Assembly: GCA_964649815.1 (NCBI GenBank)
Contig: CAZYQC010000011.1
Location: 2,403-66,402, forward strand
From: an uncultured Rhodobacterales bacterium
Lineage (GTDB): Bacteria > Pseudomonadota > Alphaproteobacteria > Rhodobacterales > Rhodobacteraceae
DNA: 64,000 bases
Direction of reading: 5' to 3'
Shown: positions 38,537 to 47,994 of the stretch, one piece after another
Layout of the letters: each line of letters begins with the position of its first letter
Position numbering within the stretch: the stretch's first letter is position 1
Translations under genes and position numbers: made by a program
The notes under the pieces: generated by a model
Database searches by the model: none
The model's input: only the letters and a program-made list of their open reading frames with translations
What the model was told of the DNA's origin: nothing

Positions 38537-39168
38537 GCTGTTTTCCGTAAGGTTGCGGTGAAAAGACCCATGCCAATCAGTGTCACGCCACCGATGCGCG
38601 CCAGCCACGTCTGAAAGCCTGGTCGTTTCACCTGTGAATTCAAGGCGTTGGCCGCCAATGCAAAGACCAGCGCGTTGACGGCGGCGATGCTGACAAAGGT
38701 CGCCACCAAGATCGCCGCCTGGGGGGCGAAGGCCTGGTCAGGGGTGATGAACTGGGGAACGAATGCCACGAAAAAGGTGTTGGATTTTGGGTTCAGCGCC
38801 GTAACGGTCAGCAAGTCGCGAAACACCCGTCTGGCCGGTTGCTCTTTGGGCTGTGCGCGCAAAAGCGTCGCGTCTTGGCGGCCCAGCGTGCTGCGCAGCA
38901 TTTTAAGGCCAAGATAAACCAGATACGCGGCCCCCACCCATTTCAATATGGTGAAGGCCGTGGCCGAGGCCAAAAAGAGCGCGCCCAACCCGATGACCGA
39001 CAAGGACATGGCAACCAGATCGCCCGCGGCGACACCAAGGGCAGAGGCCACCGCGACCCGCCGACCTTGTGAGAGGGCATAGCTGAGGACCAACAAAATT
39101 GTCGGTCCGGGGATCACCAAAAGCGCGGTCGAAGCAGCGGCGAATGTCAGCCAGAGTTCAAAGGTCAT
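38533..39168 (-). CDS. LysE-family amino-acid exporter
   Basis: About 210-aa six-TM protein with the LysE/RhtB N-terminal block [18 protein letters not shown]. Confidence 0.85.
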   Translation of the reverse strand: MTFELWLTFAAASTALLVIPGPTILLVLSYALSQGRRVAVASALGVAAGDLVAMSLSVIGLGALFLASATAFTILKWVGAAYLVYLGLKMLRSTLGRQDATLLRAQPKEQPARRVFRDLLTVTALNPKSNTFFVAFVPQFITPDQAFAPQAAILVATFVSIAAVNALVFALAANALNSQVKRPGFQTWLARIGGVTLIGMGLFTATLRKTA

Positions 39169-39180
39169 TGCGTGGTCTCT

Positions 39181-40059
39181 TTACCCATTCAGAACCCGGC
39201 CCGCGACCGCATCCAGCTTGGCCACAAGTGCTGGATCGCGCTTGTCTGGGGCGGTCAGGATCGCAAATTCGAGCGCCTTGTCGCATCCATGCGGACAGTC
39301 CGCGCGATCGGCGCCCAAAAGCGCAGGCAGGCGCTTGACCATCTCGCGGCCTTTGTCGGCATTTCCCATAAGTGTTTGAATAATCTGGGTGACATCCACC
39401 TCGCCGTGATCCGGGTGCCAGCTGTCGTAATCGGTGATCATCGCGACCGAGGCGTAGCACAGCTCGGCCTCGCGGGCGAGTTTCGCCTCTGGCATGTTGG
39501 TCATGCCAATCACATCAGCGCCCCAGCTTTCGCGATACATTTTGGATTCCGCCAGCGTGGAAAACTGCGGCCCCTCCATCGCCAGATACGTGCCACCACG
39601 GTGGACCGTGATGTCTGCGTCTTTTGCCGCCGTTTCGCAAGCGTCCGAGAGGCGCGGACAGGTGGGATGCGCCACAGACACATGCGCCACACAGCCCGTG
39701 CCAAAGAACGATTTCTCACGCGCGAAGGTGCGGTCAATGAACTGATCCACGATCACAAAATGCCCCGGCGCCATATCCTCGCGGAAAGACCCACAGGCCG
39801 AGACCGAAATGACATCGGTACAACCCAAGCGTTTGAGCGCGTCTATATTCGCACGGTAGGGGACTGTTGTCGGGCTGTGGACATGGCCCCGGCCATGTCG
39901 CGGCAGAAAGACCATCGGAACGCCGTCCAGCACACCGGTGAGGATCTCGTCTGACGGATCGCCCCAGGGTGTCTCAACGTGCACCCATTCCGCATCTTGC
40001 AGGCCATCGATGTCGTAAATGCCAGAGCCTCCGATAACTGCGATTTTCGTTTGTGCCAT
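39181..40059 (-). CDS. mtnP: S-methyl-5'-thioadenosine phosphorylase
   Basis: MAQTKIAVIGGSG start, PNP/MTAP blocks FLPRHGRGH and VIGMTNMPEAKLAREAE. Confidence 0.9.
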   Translation of the reverse strand: MAQTKIAVIGGSGIYDIDGLQDAEWVHVETPWGDPSDEILTGVLDGVPMVFLPRHGRGHVHSPTTVPYRANIDALKRLGCTDVISVSACGSFREDMAPGHFVIVDQFIDRTFAREKSFFGTGCVAHVSVAHPTCPRLSDACETAAKDADITVHRGGTYLAMEGPQFSTLAESKMYRESWGADVIGMTNMPEAKLAREAELCYASVAMITDYDSWHPDHGEVDVTQIIQTLMGNADKGREMVKRLPALLGADRADCPHGCDKALEFAILTAPDKRDPALVAKLDAVAGRVLNG

Positions 40060-40113
40060 ATGCTCCTCATTTGCGACGTGCCCCGCTCACTAAGACACTT
40101 TGCGCGCGCGGGA

Positions 40114-40491
40114 TCAACCAGGGGCGCGATCTGGCAGAACAGGCACGGCACGGGCAATGCTCGACCCCAGTTTCTCGTCGGAATAATGAGTGCTGAGAAC
40201 GGTTGCGTTCAACAGATCCGGGTTCTGCGAGAGAAAGGTTTCTGCGTCAGGTGCCGGATTTTGTGCCATCCGCTCAGCAATCAGGCACATGAACGCCATC
40301 GTGCGTGTGGCGTGAAACTTGTCCGGGACGTTGGCGCGACCCGCAAGACGGCGCAGACCCTGAGCGACCTGGGCAATCGCCTCGAACGTAGGTTGCCGCG
40401 AGAGCGCCTCATAGGCGACGCACACATGATCGCGGTGCGTGAACGCGGCCGGATCCAGCCGATCTGAAAGAAAATCGTCCAGCATGCTCAT
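40114..40491 (-). CDS. Hypothetical 125-aa cytoplasmic protein (family not recognised), downstream partner of the RHH gene
   Basis: ATG at 40491 overlaps the stop of the upstream RHH ORF (ATGA). No TM or signal peptide. Notable blocks FTHRDHVCVAYEAL and KFHATRTMAFMCLIAERM. Confidence 0.55.
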   Translation of the reverse strand: MSMLDDFLSDRLDPAAFTHRDHVCVAYEALSRQPTFEAIAQVAQGLRRLAGRANVPDKFHATRTMAFMCLIAERMAQNPAPDAETFLSQNPDLLNATVLSTHYSDEKLGSSIARAVPVLPDRAPG

Positions 40492-40745
40492 GTCTGATCT
40501 GCGCGCTCTTGGGTCATATGGCTGTCTGCAGCCGATAGGTCGAGGTCGTAAACCTCTTTTAGTTTCAGTATCTTGTCCCTCGTTTCTTGGGAAAAGACGA
40601 CTTTGCCTTCGAAGGCGTGCAGGGCCATGCCTTCGACAAGTTCGGCCAGTGAGACATCAAGATGCTCGGCCAGGCCTTTGAGCACTTTGATCAGCCGTGT
40701 TTCGAGCCGCAGGCCCGTTTGTGTGCGGGTGATGGTCTTTTTCAT
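40488..40745 (-). CDS. Ribbon-helix-helix-like small DNA-binding protein (85 aa), antitoxin-like
   Basis: From the ATG at 40745: MKKTITRTQTGLRLETRLIKVLKGLAEHLDVSLAELVEGMALHAF fits a beta-strand/helix/turn/helix RHH pattern, followed by a charged tail. The ORF-track start at 40826 is an alternative. Confidence 0.5.
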   Translation of the reverse strand: MKKTITRTQTGLRLETRLIKVLKGLAEHLDVSLAELVEGMALHAFEGKVVFSQETRDKILKLKEVYDLDLSAADSHMTQERADQT

Positions 40746-40753
40746 ATTGGCAT

Positions 40754-40765
40754 CTTGGTACCAAG
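40754..40765. promoter_or_regulatory. Perfect 12-bp palindrome CTTGGTACCAAG 9 nt upstream of the RHH start; candidate auto-operator
   Basis: Read directly at 40754-40765. It sits where an RHH repressor would be expected to bind its own promoter or leader. Confidence 0.3.
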
Positions 40766-40958
40766 GTGAGATTCTGTCAAATCTCTCTTTATGGTTTGGA
40801 AAGTATACCGAGATAGACCGTGCCATGCGTGAGGGCTGTGCTATGTCCTCAGCGCATACCAGCGTCCCGCTGGGGGCGGTGGCCCTTCGCCTATGATCGG
40901 TCTAACGCATCTCAACACGGCAATTTTCTGCAATGCAGCAGAGGCAAGAGCAGACCAT

Positions 40959-42590
40959 ATGGCATTTTTTGACTTCGCTTCGATCGCTGAGACCAAACGG
41001 TTTGGTGATTTTTCCATCGCACCTGGGCAGGGTCGCCTGACCTTCGGGCAGGTGCGCACCGACCTGTTGTCTGGCCTGACCGTGGCGCTGGCGCTGGTCC
41101 CAGAGGCTGTTGCATTTGCGTTTGTGGCCGGTGTTCACCCGCTTGTCGGGCTATACGCGGCGGTTTTGGTGGGTCTGATCACTGCGTTGATCGGCGGCCG
41201 TCCGGGCATGATCTCGGGCGCGACAGGGGCGTTGGCGGTTGTGATGGTCTCGCTCGTGGCACAGCACGGCGTTGAATACCTCTTTGCGACGGTCGTGCTG
41301 ATGGGGCTCTTGCAGATCACCGCGGGTGTTTTGCAATGGGGCAAGTTCATCCGATTGGTGCCGCACCCGGTGATGCTGGGCTTTGTCAACGGCCTCGCGA
41401 TTGTGATCTTTCTGGCCCAATTGGGGCAATTCAAAGTGCCTGGAACGATGGTGAGCGATGGCCACGGCATGTCGGGTGGAGAATGGCTTTCGGGGATGCC
41501 GCTCTATTTGATGCTGGGGCTGGTCGCGCTGACGATGCTGGTCATCTGGCTTATGCCGCGCGTGACCAAAGCGATCCCGGCACCTCTGGCCGGTATCGCC
41601 GTTGTGGCGGGACTTGTGATCGCACTGGGCCTGGACGTGCCGCGGGTGGGTGATCTGGCCTCGATCGAGGGGGGATTGCCTGGCTTTCACATCCCGATGG
41701 TGCCGCTTACCTGGGAAACACTTGAGATCATTCTGCCTTACGCGGTGATCCTGGCCGCGATCGGTCTGATCGAGAGTTTGCTGACGCTGAACCTGGTCGG
41801 AGACATGACAGGCCAGCGCGGCGGCGCGAGCCAAGAGTGCATCGCGCAAGGTGTCTCGAACACCGTCACCGGCTTTTTCGGAGGCATGGGCGGCTGTGCG
41901 ATGATCGGCCAATCCATGATCAACGTGAAATCTGGTGGCCGCACCCGGATCGCGGGCGTCGCGGCCGCGCTGTTCCTGCTGGGCTTTATTCTGGTTGGCT
42001 CCAGCGCGATCGAGATGATCCCGCTGGCTGCGCTGGTGGGTGTGATGTTCATGGTCGTGATCGGCACGTTTGCATGGAACTCTTTGCGTATCCTGCGCAA
42101 AGTACCGCTGACCGATGCCTTTGTGATTGTGCTGGTGACTGTCGTGACCGTGATGGAGGATTTGGCGGTCGCGGTGGTTGTCGGCGTCATCGTTTCGGCC
42201 TTGGCCTATGCCTGGAACAACGCCCGCCGCATCTATGCCAAGACGCATGTCACACCGGAAGGTGCGCGTGTGTACCAAGTGCAAGGGCCGCTCTTTTTTG
42301 GATCGGCGACCGGCTTTGTTGAGATGTTCAACGTCGCTGATGACCCGCAAGAGGTGGTGATCGATTTCGCCGACAGCCGTGTGGTGGACCAATCGGCCTT
42401 GCAGGCCATCGAAGCGGTTGCAGGTAAGTATGAGGCGGCGGGCAAACGCGTGCAGCTGCGCCATCTCACCCGCGATTGCCATCAATTGCTGACCAAAGCG
42501 GGGCATCTGGTGGTCGATAGCGCCGATGACCCGACCTATGGGGTGGCTGCGAATTACCGCGTGCGCACGGGCATCCTGGGCGGGCATTGA
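40959..42590 (+). CDS. SulP-family anion transporter with C-terminal STAS domain
   Basis: Start placed at the ATG at 40959 (MAFFDFASIAETKRF...). SulP blocks LLSGLTVALALVPEAVAFAFVAG. C-terminal STAS-like region VYQVQGPLFFGSATGFVEMF...VIDFADSRVVDQSAL. Confidence 0.9.
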   Translation: MAFFDFASIAETKRFGDFSIAPGQGRLTFGQVRTDLLSGLTVALALVPEAVAFAFVAGVHPLVGLYAAVLVGLITALIGGRPGMISGATGALAVVMVSLVAQHGVEYLFATVVLMGLLQITAGVLQWGKFIRLVPHPVMLGFVNGLAIVIFLAQLGQFKVPGTMVSDGHGMSGGEWLSGMPLYLMLGLVALTMLVIWLMPRVTKAIPAPLAGIAVVAGLVIALGLDVPRVGDLASIEGGLPGFHIPMVPLTWETLEIILPYAVILAAIGLIESLLTLNLVGDMTGQRGGASQECIAQGVSNTVTGFFGGMGGCAMIGQSMINVKSGGRTRIAGVAAALFLLGFILVGSSAIEMIPLAALVGVMFMVVIGTFAWNSLRILRKVPLTDAFVIVLVTVVTVMEDLAVAVVVGVIVSALAYAWNNARRIYAKTHVTPEGARVYQVQGPLFFGSATGFVEMFNVADDPQEVVIDFADSRVVDQSALQAIEAVAGKYEAAGKRVQLRHLTRDCHQLLTKAGHLVVDSADDPTYGVAANYRVRTGILGGH

Positions 42591-42709
42591 CGCTTTGTCA
42601 GCGGGCGTGGGGGCCTGAGGCGCCCTGGCCTGGGGTGGTGCCTGTGATGTCGGGGCCTTGCGCGGGTGTTGCGGTGCGGGATTTGGATATTTAAAGCCAA
42701 AAGAAAGGC

Positions 42710-43357
42710 TTAGCTGAGCCTTTTGAGGTGGGCGATATCGCCTGTGGCAAGGCTTGGGCGCGCGCGGGCGATGGCGTCTGGCGGCCAATCCCACCAGGCG
42801 ATGTCCAATAACGCGGCGATATCGTCGCTTGGAAAGCGCAGGGCGGTGACGCGCGCGGGATTGCCGGTCACAACCGCATAGGGCGGTATCGTGCCGCGCA
42901 CGACACTGCGGGCGCCGATGATCGCGCCGGAGCCAATGTTGGCCCCGGGCAGGACGCAGGCATCCATGCCAAACCAGACATCATGGCCGACAGAGGTGGG
43001 GCGTGTGTCGGGTTGGTAGGTTGATCTTTCGTGGGCGTCGAAAATCGGAAACGGGTAGCTGGTGAGGCCATCGGTGGCGTGATTGGCCCCTGCGGTGACA
43101 AAGCGGGTGCCTTGGGCAATGGCGCAAAACTTGCCGATCTTCAGCGCGCCTTTGGCGCCGGGAAAGAGGTAGGGCGCCAGATGTGCGGCCCAATCCTGGG
43201 GTGGGTGCCTGTCGGAGGCGTAGGTGTATTCGCCGACCTCGAAATTGTCTTGATCGATCAGAGGTTTGAGAAAGACCGTTGAGCGCAGCGGAGCCCCGTC
43301 TTGGGTGCGGACGGGGTAGGGATCATCGGGATCTGGGAGGGCTGTGGGGTCAGTCAT
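42710..43357 (-). CDS. Xenobiotic (Vat/CatB-type) hexapeptide-repeat O-acetyltransferase
   Basis: Left-handed beta-helix repeats and family blocks EVGEYTYASD, IGKFCAIAQGTRFV, ANHATDGLTSYPF, VGHDVWFGMDACVLPGANIGSGAIIGARSVV. Confidence 0.85.
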   Translation of the reverse strand: MTDPTALPDPDDPYPVRTQDGAPLRSTVFLKPLIDQDNFEVGEYTYASDRHPPQDWAAHLAPYLFPGAKGALKIGKFCAIAQGTRFVTAGANHATDGLTSYPFPIFDAHERSTYQPDTRPTSVGHDVWFGMDACVLPGANIGSGAIIGARSVVRGTIPPYAVVTGNPARVTALRFPSDDIAALLDIAWWDWPPDAIARARPSLATGDIAHLKRLS

Positions 43358-43955
43358 CCGGGCGGATCAGCTCAAACGCTTCGGTCACGCGGGCGTAGTC
43401 GCGATATCCCAAGCGGCTGAGCAGGCCAAAGCGTGTGACCTCGAAACGGCCATCGACCAAGGTGTCGTCGCGAATATACACGCCGGTGACTTCTCCGAAG
43501 ACGACTTTGTTCGCCTCGCCGGGCAGGTCGACGATCTTGGTCAGTTTGCATTCCAGAACCGCCGGCGCATCGGCGACGCGGGGGCAGTCAATGGTTTCGC
43601 AGGCGGCCATCGCGGCGCCTGAGGCTTGGAATTCGTCCGTCTCTCGCGGCAGCGTGGCGGATGAGGCGTTCATCACGTCGCGGGCGCTGTATTCGACGAT
43701 ATTCACCGCGAATACGCCTGTTGCGGCAATATTGGCGACGCTGTCTTTGGTGTTGTCCTGATCGGGCTTGGCGCTTGTGGAGGCAAACATGACCTGCGGC
43801 GGCACGTAGGCGACGGCATTGAAGAAGGAATAGGGCGCGAGGTTTGCGACCCCATCGGCGTCACGCGAAGAGATCCAGCCAATCGGGCGCGGGGACACGA
43901 TGGCGTTGAAGGGGTTGTGGGGCAGGCCGTGGCCGTCTTCTGGGCGGTAAAACAT
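43350..43955 (-). CDS. Flavin reductase-like FMN-binding protein
   Basis: Flavin_Reduct-type blocks FNAIVSPRPIGWISS, NLAPYSFFNAV and GLLSRLGYRDY. 8-nt overlap with the downstream acetyltransferase. Confidence 0.85.
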   Translation of the reverse strand: MFYRPEDGHGLPHNPFNAIVSPRPIGWISSRDADGVANLAPYSFFNAVAYVPPQVMFASTSAKPDQDNTKDSVANIAATGVFAVNIVEYSARDVMNASSATLPRETDEFQASGAAMAACETIDCPRVADAPAVLECKLTKIVDLPGEANKVVFGEVTGVYIRDDTLVDGRFEVTRFGLLSRLGYRDYARVTEAFELIRPDD

Positions 43956-44042
43956 CAGGGAGCCTCATTCGGTTTGCGGAGGGGATGCCATCATGCTAGG
44001 CGGAATGCCAGCCGTTTTCGCAACCCTTTGATTTGTCGCACC

Positions 44043-44537
44043 ATGTACCAACTTTCTGCAGAATGCGCTGAGGATGGTTGGGAGGTCGAGGCGCTTTTTG
44101 ATACGTGCTTTGCGCCTGGGCGGACGGCGCTGTCTTCGTATCGTTTGCGCGAGGGCCGGGCGCCTGTTGCGGGGTTGAGCCAAGTTGCGCGCGATGATTT
44201 GGGCATTTTGGCCGGGGCCATTCGGTTTTGGTCGGTTCGCATTGGGCAAGAGCGGGCGCTGCTCTTGGGGCCTGTGGCGGTTCACCCGACCCGTCAGGGC
44301 GAGGGCCTGGGCGGGCTTTTGATCGAAGAGACGCTTAATCAGGCAGCGGCGCGTGGGTGGGCGCGGGTGATGCTGGTGGGCGATGCGCCCTATTACGCGC
44401 GCTTTGGCTTTGGCCGGATCGATGACGTTGTCATGCCGCCGCCCACAAATCCGGCGCGGGTTTTGGGGCGCGATTTGGTGCCTGGCGCGTGGCATGGCAT
44501 ACGCGGGGATGTGGTGCCGGACGTTGACAACGCCTGA
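44043..44537 (+). CDS. GNAT N-acetyltransferase
   Basis: ATG at 44043 (MYQLSAECAEDGWEVEALF...). Acetyl-CoA motif LGPVAVHPTRQGEGLGGLLIEETL...YYARFGF. Confidence 0.8.
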   Translation: MYQLSAECAEDGWEVEALFDTCFAPGRTALSSYRLREGRAPVAGLSQVARDDLGILAGAIRFWSVRIGQERALLLGPVAVHPTRQGEGLGGLLIEETLNQAAARGWARVMLVGDAPYYARFGFGRIDDVVMPPPTNPARVLGRDLVPGAWHGIRGDVVPDVDNA

Positions 44538-44559
44538 GCGCATACCGATTTGAAAGGGT

Positions 44560-45312
44560 ATGACGCATGTTGTTCTAGCCCCCAAAACGGATGTTGACGC
44601 CGAACTTGCCGCGTTGAGCGCGCGTCACAAGGCAGCAAGTGGTGTGGGTATGCGCGTGCTGAACGCGCTTGGCACGCAAGCCGACGGCCTTTTGGATCGC
44701 TTGCCCGCATCGGTGCGGCATGGGTTGACCGAGGCGACGATTGTCGCGCTGCATCAAGCGGTGCGGGCGGCGGATGGCAGCCGGGCCATCATTCCCGATC
44801 AGGGGGCTTTTCTGAACCAATCGGTTGGGGTGGGTCTGGGCGCTGCGGGAGGGTTTGGCGGCCTCGCAAGCGCGCTTGCGGAACTGCCGGTGACGACGAC
44901 GTTTCTGTTGCGCGTGATCCAGGGTGTAGCAGCGGCTGAGGGGTTTGATCCCTCAGAGGAAGGCGTTCGGTTTGACTGTGTCCACGTTTTTGCCTCTGCC
45001 GGTCCGCTGAGCGATGACGACGATGCAGATCTGGCGTTCCTGAGCGCGCGGATCGCGTTGCAAGGGGTTGCGATGCAAGGGGTTATCGCCCGGGTTGCGC
45101 CCAGATTGGCCAGCGTTTTGGGGCAAAAGCTTGCTGCGCAGACGGTGCCGGTGCTTGGCGCTTTGGCGGGGGCGAGCACGAATTTGGTTTATACCAGGTA
45201 CTATACCGAAATGGCGCATGTTCACTTTGGCTTGCGGCGGCTGGCTGGCGACAGCGGTGTGCCGCATGCCGAATTGGTCAGCGGATTGGCCAAGCGCCTA
45301 GCGGCCGATTGA
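44560..45312 (+). CDS. EcsC-family protein
   Basis: Overall pattern matches EcsC-like proteins (LPVTTTFLLRVIQGVAAAEGFDPSEE..., C-terminal ...YTRYYTEMAHVHFGLRRL). No ecsA or ecsB nearby. Confidence 0.7.
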   Translation: MTHVVLAPKTDVDAELAALSARHKAASGVGMRVLNALGTQADGLLDRLPASVRHGLTEATIVALHQAVRAADGSRAIIPDQGAFLNQSVGVGLGAAGGFGGLASALAELPVTTTFLLRVIQGVAAAEGFDPSEEGVRFDCVHVFASAGPLSDDDDADLAFLSARIALQGVAMQGVIARVAPRLASVLGQKLAAQTVPVLGALAGASTNLVYTRYYTEMAHVHFGLRRLAGDSGVPHAELVSGLAKRLAAD

Positions 45313-46380
45313 GGCGGGCGCGACGCTGGTTGCTTTCAAGATCGCGAAGGCCTCGACATTGGGTCTCAGATCCAGATCTTTCACCGCGCGGGCGGTGACG
45401 CGGGCCAAGAGGCGTTGACCTGCAGCATCGAGCGAGATGGCCGCGCCCGGACCGCCGCCGGGCAGGACATCCACGACGCGCACCGGCAATATATTGACCG
45501 AGCTAAGGCCAATGGGCGCAGTGCGCGACAGGATCACGTCCTGGGCCAAAACGCGCAAGCGTACAGTCGCGCCGATCTCGGCCGCGACACCGGGCAATTC
45601 GAGTGTCCCCGCGGGGACAGCCAATTTCGACAGCCCGTCGGGATCATGTCCGAGGACCTTTGCCTCGAGAACCGCACCCGCTTCGCGCACGCCCAAAAGC
45701 GGGATCGCGGCGGGATCAGACATGACACTAAAGACCGGGCCCTGCGCCGCGACAGAGCCGTTTTGCAGCAAAACCAAGTGATCCGCGAGGCGGGCAATCT
45801 CGTCGAGCGCGTGGCTGACGTAGAGAATAGGCAGGCCGACCGCTGATTTGAGATGCTCAAGGTAGGGCAGGATGTCCTGTTTCCGGGGCCCGTCGAGCGA
45901 GGCCAGCGGCTCGTCCATCAACAACATACGCGGTTGCGACAGCAGCGCCCGCCCCAAAGCGACGCGCTGCCGCTCGCCGCCAGAAAGGCTCTGGGGCATG
46001 CGGTGCAGCACCGGGGCGAGGCCCAAGAGCGCGACCACATCAGGTTCCGCGATGGTCACGGGGCGGGTCGCAAAACGCGCGCCATAGCGCAGGTTCTTTA
46101 GGACATCGAGATGCGGAAAGAGGCGTGCGTCCTGAAAGACATATCCAAACCCCCGTTGATGCGGAGGCACATGGAGCCGTCGATCCGTGTCGCAAAGCGT
46201 CTCGCCATCGAAAGAAATCTGGGCTGTCTCTGGTTGCAAAAGGCCTGCTACTGCGTTGACAATGCTTGTTTTTCCCGCGCCTGAGCGACCGAAGAGGGCG
46301 GTGACACCCGCGCCTGCCTGTATCTGAGCGTCGAGGGCAAAATCCCCAAAGCGGTGCTTTATGTGCAGATCCAGGCTCAT
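45298..46380 (-). CDS. modC: Molybdate ABC transporter ATP-binding protein
   Basis: ATG at 46380 overlaps the modB stop (ATGA). Walker A GRSGAGKTS, signature LSGGERQRVALGRAL, C-terminal TOBE/Mop-like domain. Confidence 0.9.
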   Translation of the reverse strand: MSLDLHIKHRFGDFALDAQIQAGAGVTALFGRSGAGKTSIVNAVAGLLQPETAQISFDGETLCDTDRRLHVPPHQRGFGYVFQDARLFPHLDVLKNLRYGARFATRPVTIAEPDVVALLGLAPVLHRMPQSLSGGERQRVALGRALLSQPRMLLMDEPLASLDGPRKQDILPYLEHLKSAVGLPILYVSHALDEIARLADHLVLLQNGSVAAQGPVFSVMSDPAAIPLLGVREAGAVLEAKVLGHDPDGLSKLAVPAGTLELPGVAAEIGATVRLRVLAQDVILSRTAPIGLSSVNILPVRVVDVLPGGGPGAAISLDAAGQRLLARVTARAVKDLDLRPNVEAFAILKATSVAPASIGR

Positions 46381-47066
46381 CCGTTGGCGATCTTGTTGGC
46401 GGTGCGGCGGGCCAGCCATTCACTGATAAGCACGGCCGCCACAGCGAGCGTCGCGGCAGCGACAGCCAGGGCCGCGGCCTGAGCCTCTCCGCCCGGAACT
46501 TGGAGGAGCGTGTAAATGGCCGAGGGGATGGTCTGGGTCTGACCGGGGATGTTGGCGACAAAGGTTATGGTCGCTCCGAATTCGCCGACGGCTTTCGCAA
46601 ATCCCATGACCGAGCCTGCCAGAACACCGGGCAGGATCAGGGGCAACGTGACTGTCGCAAAGACTGTGGGGCGGGATGCGCCAAGGGTCTCGGCTGCGGC
46701 TTCGAGCTTTGGGTCCACGGCCTCGATCGCGAGGCGGATGGCGCGGACCATCAGCGGAAATGCCATGACCATCGCGGCAAGAACCGCGCCGGGCCAGCGG
46801 AAGGCCAGAACCAAGCCCAGTGTTTGTTCAAGCACTTGGCCGATGGGCCCGTTGCGCCCAAAGAGCAGAAGCAGCGCATAGCCCGTTACCACCGGTGGCA
46901 GGACCAAGGGCAGATGGACCAGCGCGTTCAAAATCGCGTGGCCAAAGAACTGGCGGCGGGCCAAGAGCCAGGCCACCCAGATGGCCAGGGGCAGTGCAAG
47001 TATGGTCGCTAAGCTGCTGACCCAGAGGGATAATTTAAGGGCGACCCAGCCTGCCTCTCCGATCAT
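46377..47066 (-). CDS. modB: Molybdate ABC transporter permease
   Basis: Five-TM permease with typical ModB blocks (FFGHAILNALVHLPLVLPPVVTGY, EAAAETLGASRPTVFATVTLP). Confidence 0.95.
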   Translation of the reverse strand: MIGEAGWVALKLSLWVSSLATILALPLAIWVAWLLARRQFFGHAILNALVHLPLVLPPVVTGYALLLLFGRNGPIGQVLEQTLGLVLAFRWPGAVLAAMVMAFPLMVRAIRLAIEAVDPKLEAAAETLGASRPTVFATVTLPLILPGVLAGSVMGFAKAVGEFGATITFVANIPGQTQTIPSAIYTLLQVPGGEAQAAALAVAAATLAVAAVLISEWLARRTANKIANG

Positions 47067-47821
47067 TGCGAGGCGCCTTCTGCAAGCGCGGCGAAACCCG
47101 CTGTGACAAAGAGCTGCTGCGCCGTGGCGCCTTGCAAAAGCGGGGCCAAGTCAGCCCCTTGGGGCGTCATCGCGGCAAAGCGGTAGCGGATCGGCGGATG
47201 AGCCTCGTGCGGGATGTCATAGACCTTTGCCACGCGCGGCTCTGCCACCGCGTCCGAGCGATAGACAATGCCCAGCGGCGTCTCTCTTCGCGAGACCAGC
47301 GCAAGGGCGAGGCGGACGTTCTCGGTCTCGGCAAGGCGTTGTGACAGGGTATCCCATTGCCCCGACGCCTTGAGCCACGCAGCGGCATAGATCCCCGCAG
47401 GCACGGATTGATGCTGTCCAAGGGCCAACCGGTCCTGCGGCTGCATCTGGCTGGCGAGCGTTTTGGCCTCTGTGGTCGAGAGCATCGGCGCATCTGGCGG
47501 GCCGATTACCACGAGGCTATTGCCGATGATGTCCCGCGCCGAACCCGGCAGTGTCGCGCCCTGGTTGCCGAGCCAGTCAACCCAGTCTGGATTGGCCAGC
47601 AAAACGGCGTCGGCTGGCGCGCCTTGCGCCACTTGCCGGGCAAGCGTCGCCGATCCGCCATAGCTGATCGTGGGGGCTGTTGCGGGATCGGCAAATACAG
47701 CCTCAAGCACCCCCCGGAGGCTGGCCGCGGCAAAAAGAAGAGGCGGGTCATCCGCCTGTGCGGTTTGGGGCGGGCCCCATAAGCACAAAGTTAACAAAGA
47801 TATGATTACAAAAGGCCGCAT
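47063..47821 (-). CDS. modA: Molybdate-binding periplasmic protein
   Basis: ATG at 47821 gives signal peptide MRPFVIISLLTLCLWGPPQTAQA. ModA blocks FAAASL, YGGSATLARQ, VPAGIYA. Confidence 0.9.
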   Translation of the reverse strand: MRPFVIISLLTLCLWGPPQTAQADDPPLLFAAASLRGVLEAVFADPATAPTISYGGSATLARQVAQGAPADAVLLANPDWVDWLGNQGATLPGSARDIIGNSLVVIGPPDAPMLSTTEAKTLASQMQPQDRLALGQHQSVPAGIYAAAWLKASGQWDTLSQRLAETENVRLALALVSRRETPLGIVYRSDAVAEPRVAKVYDIPHEAHPPIRYRFAAMTPQGADLAPLLQGATAQQLFVTAGFAALAEGASQ

Positions 47822-47994
47822 CGCAGCGCACAATTGCCCAGCATGAAATAACGTGCAAGAGGCGGGGAAGTGGACGAGTCGTGAAAATTGGCGTACCCTA
47901 TAGTGTAAGTTGAGCACGCAAAACCACCGCATATAGATCCTCTTCTGGCGTTTTGGCCGAAAAGCATGTATGCTAACAAAAAAAGGCTAATCGA

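Noticed and set aside
41151-42794. 547-aa minus-strand ORF opposite sulP
   Set aside because: Codon-aligned antisense of sulP (offset 258 nt from 40893). Extremely His/Arg/Asp/Gln-rich. The sense strand encodes a clear SulP/STAS transporter.
47898-47936. CTATA...TATAG inverted repeat upstream of modA as a possible ModE/Mop 'Mo-box'
   Set aside because: The arms are only 5 bp and the spacer is 29 nt, far longer than the roughly 7-12 nt of described ModE-type operators. No modE/mop gene is in the window.
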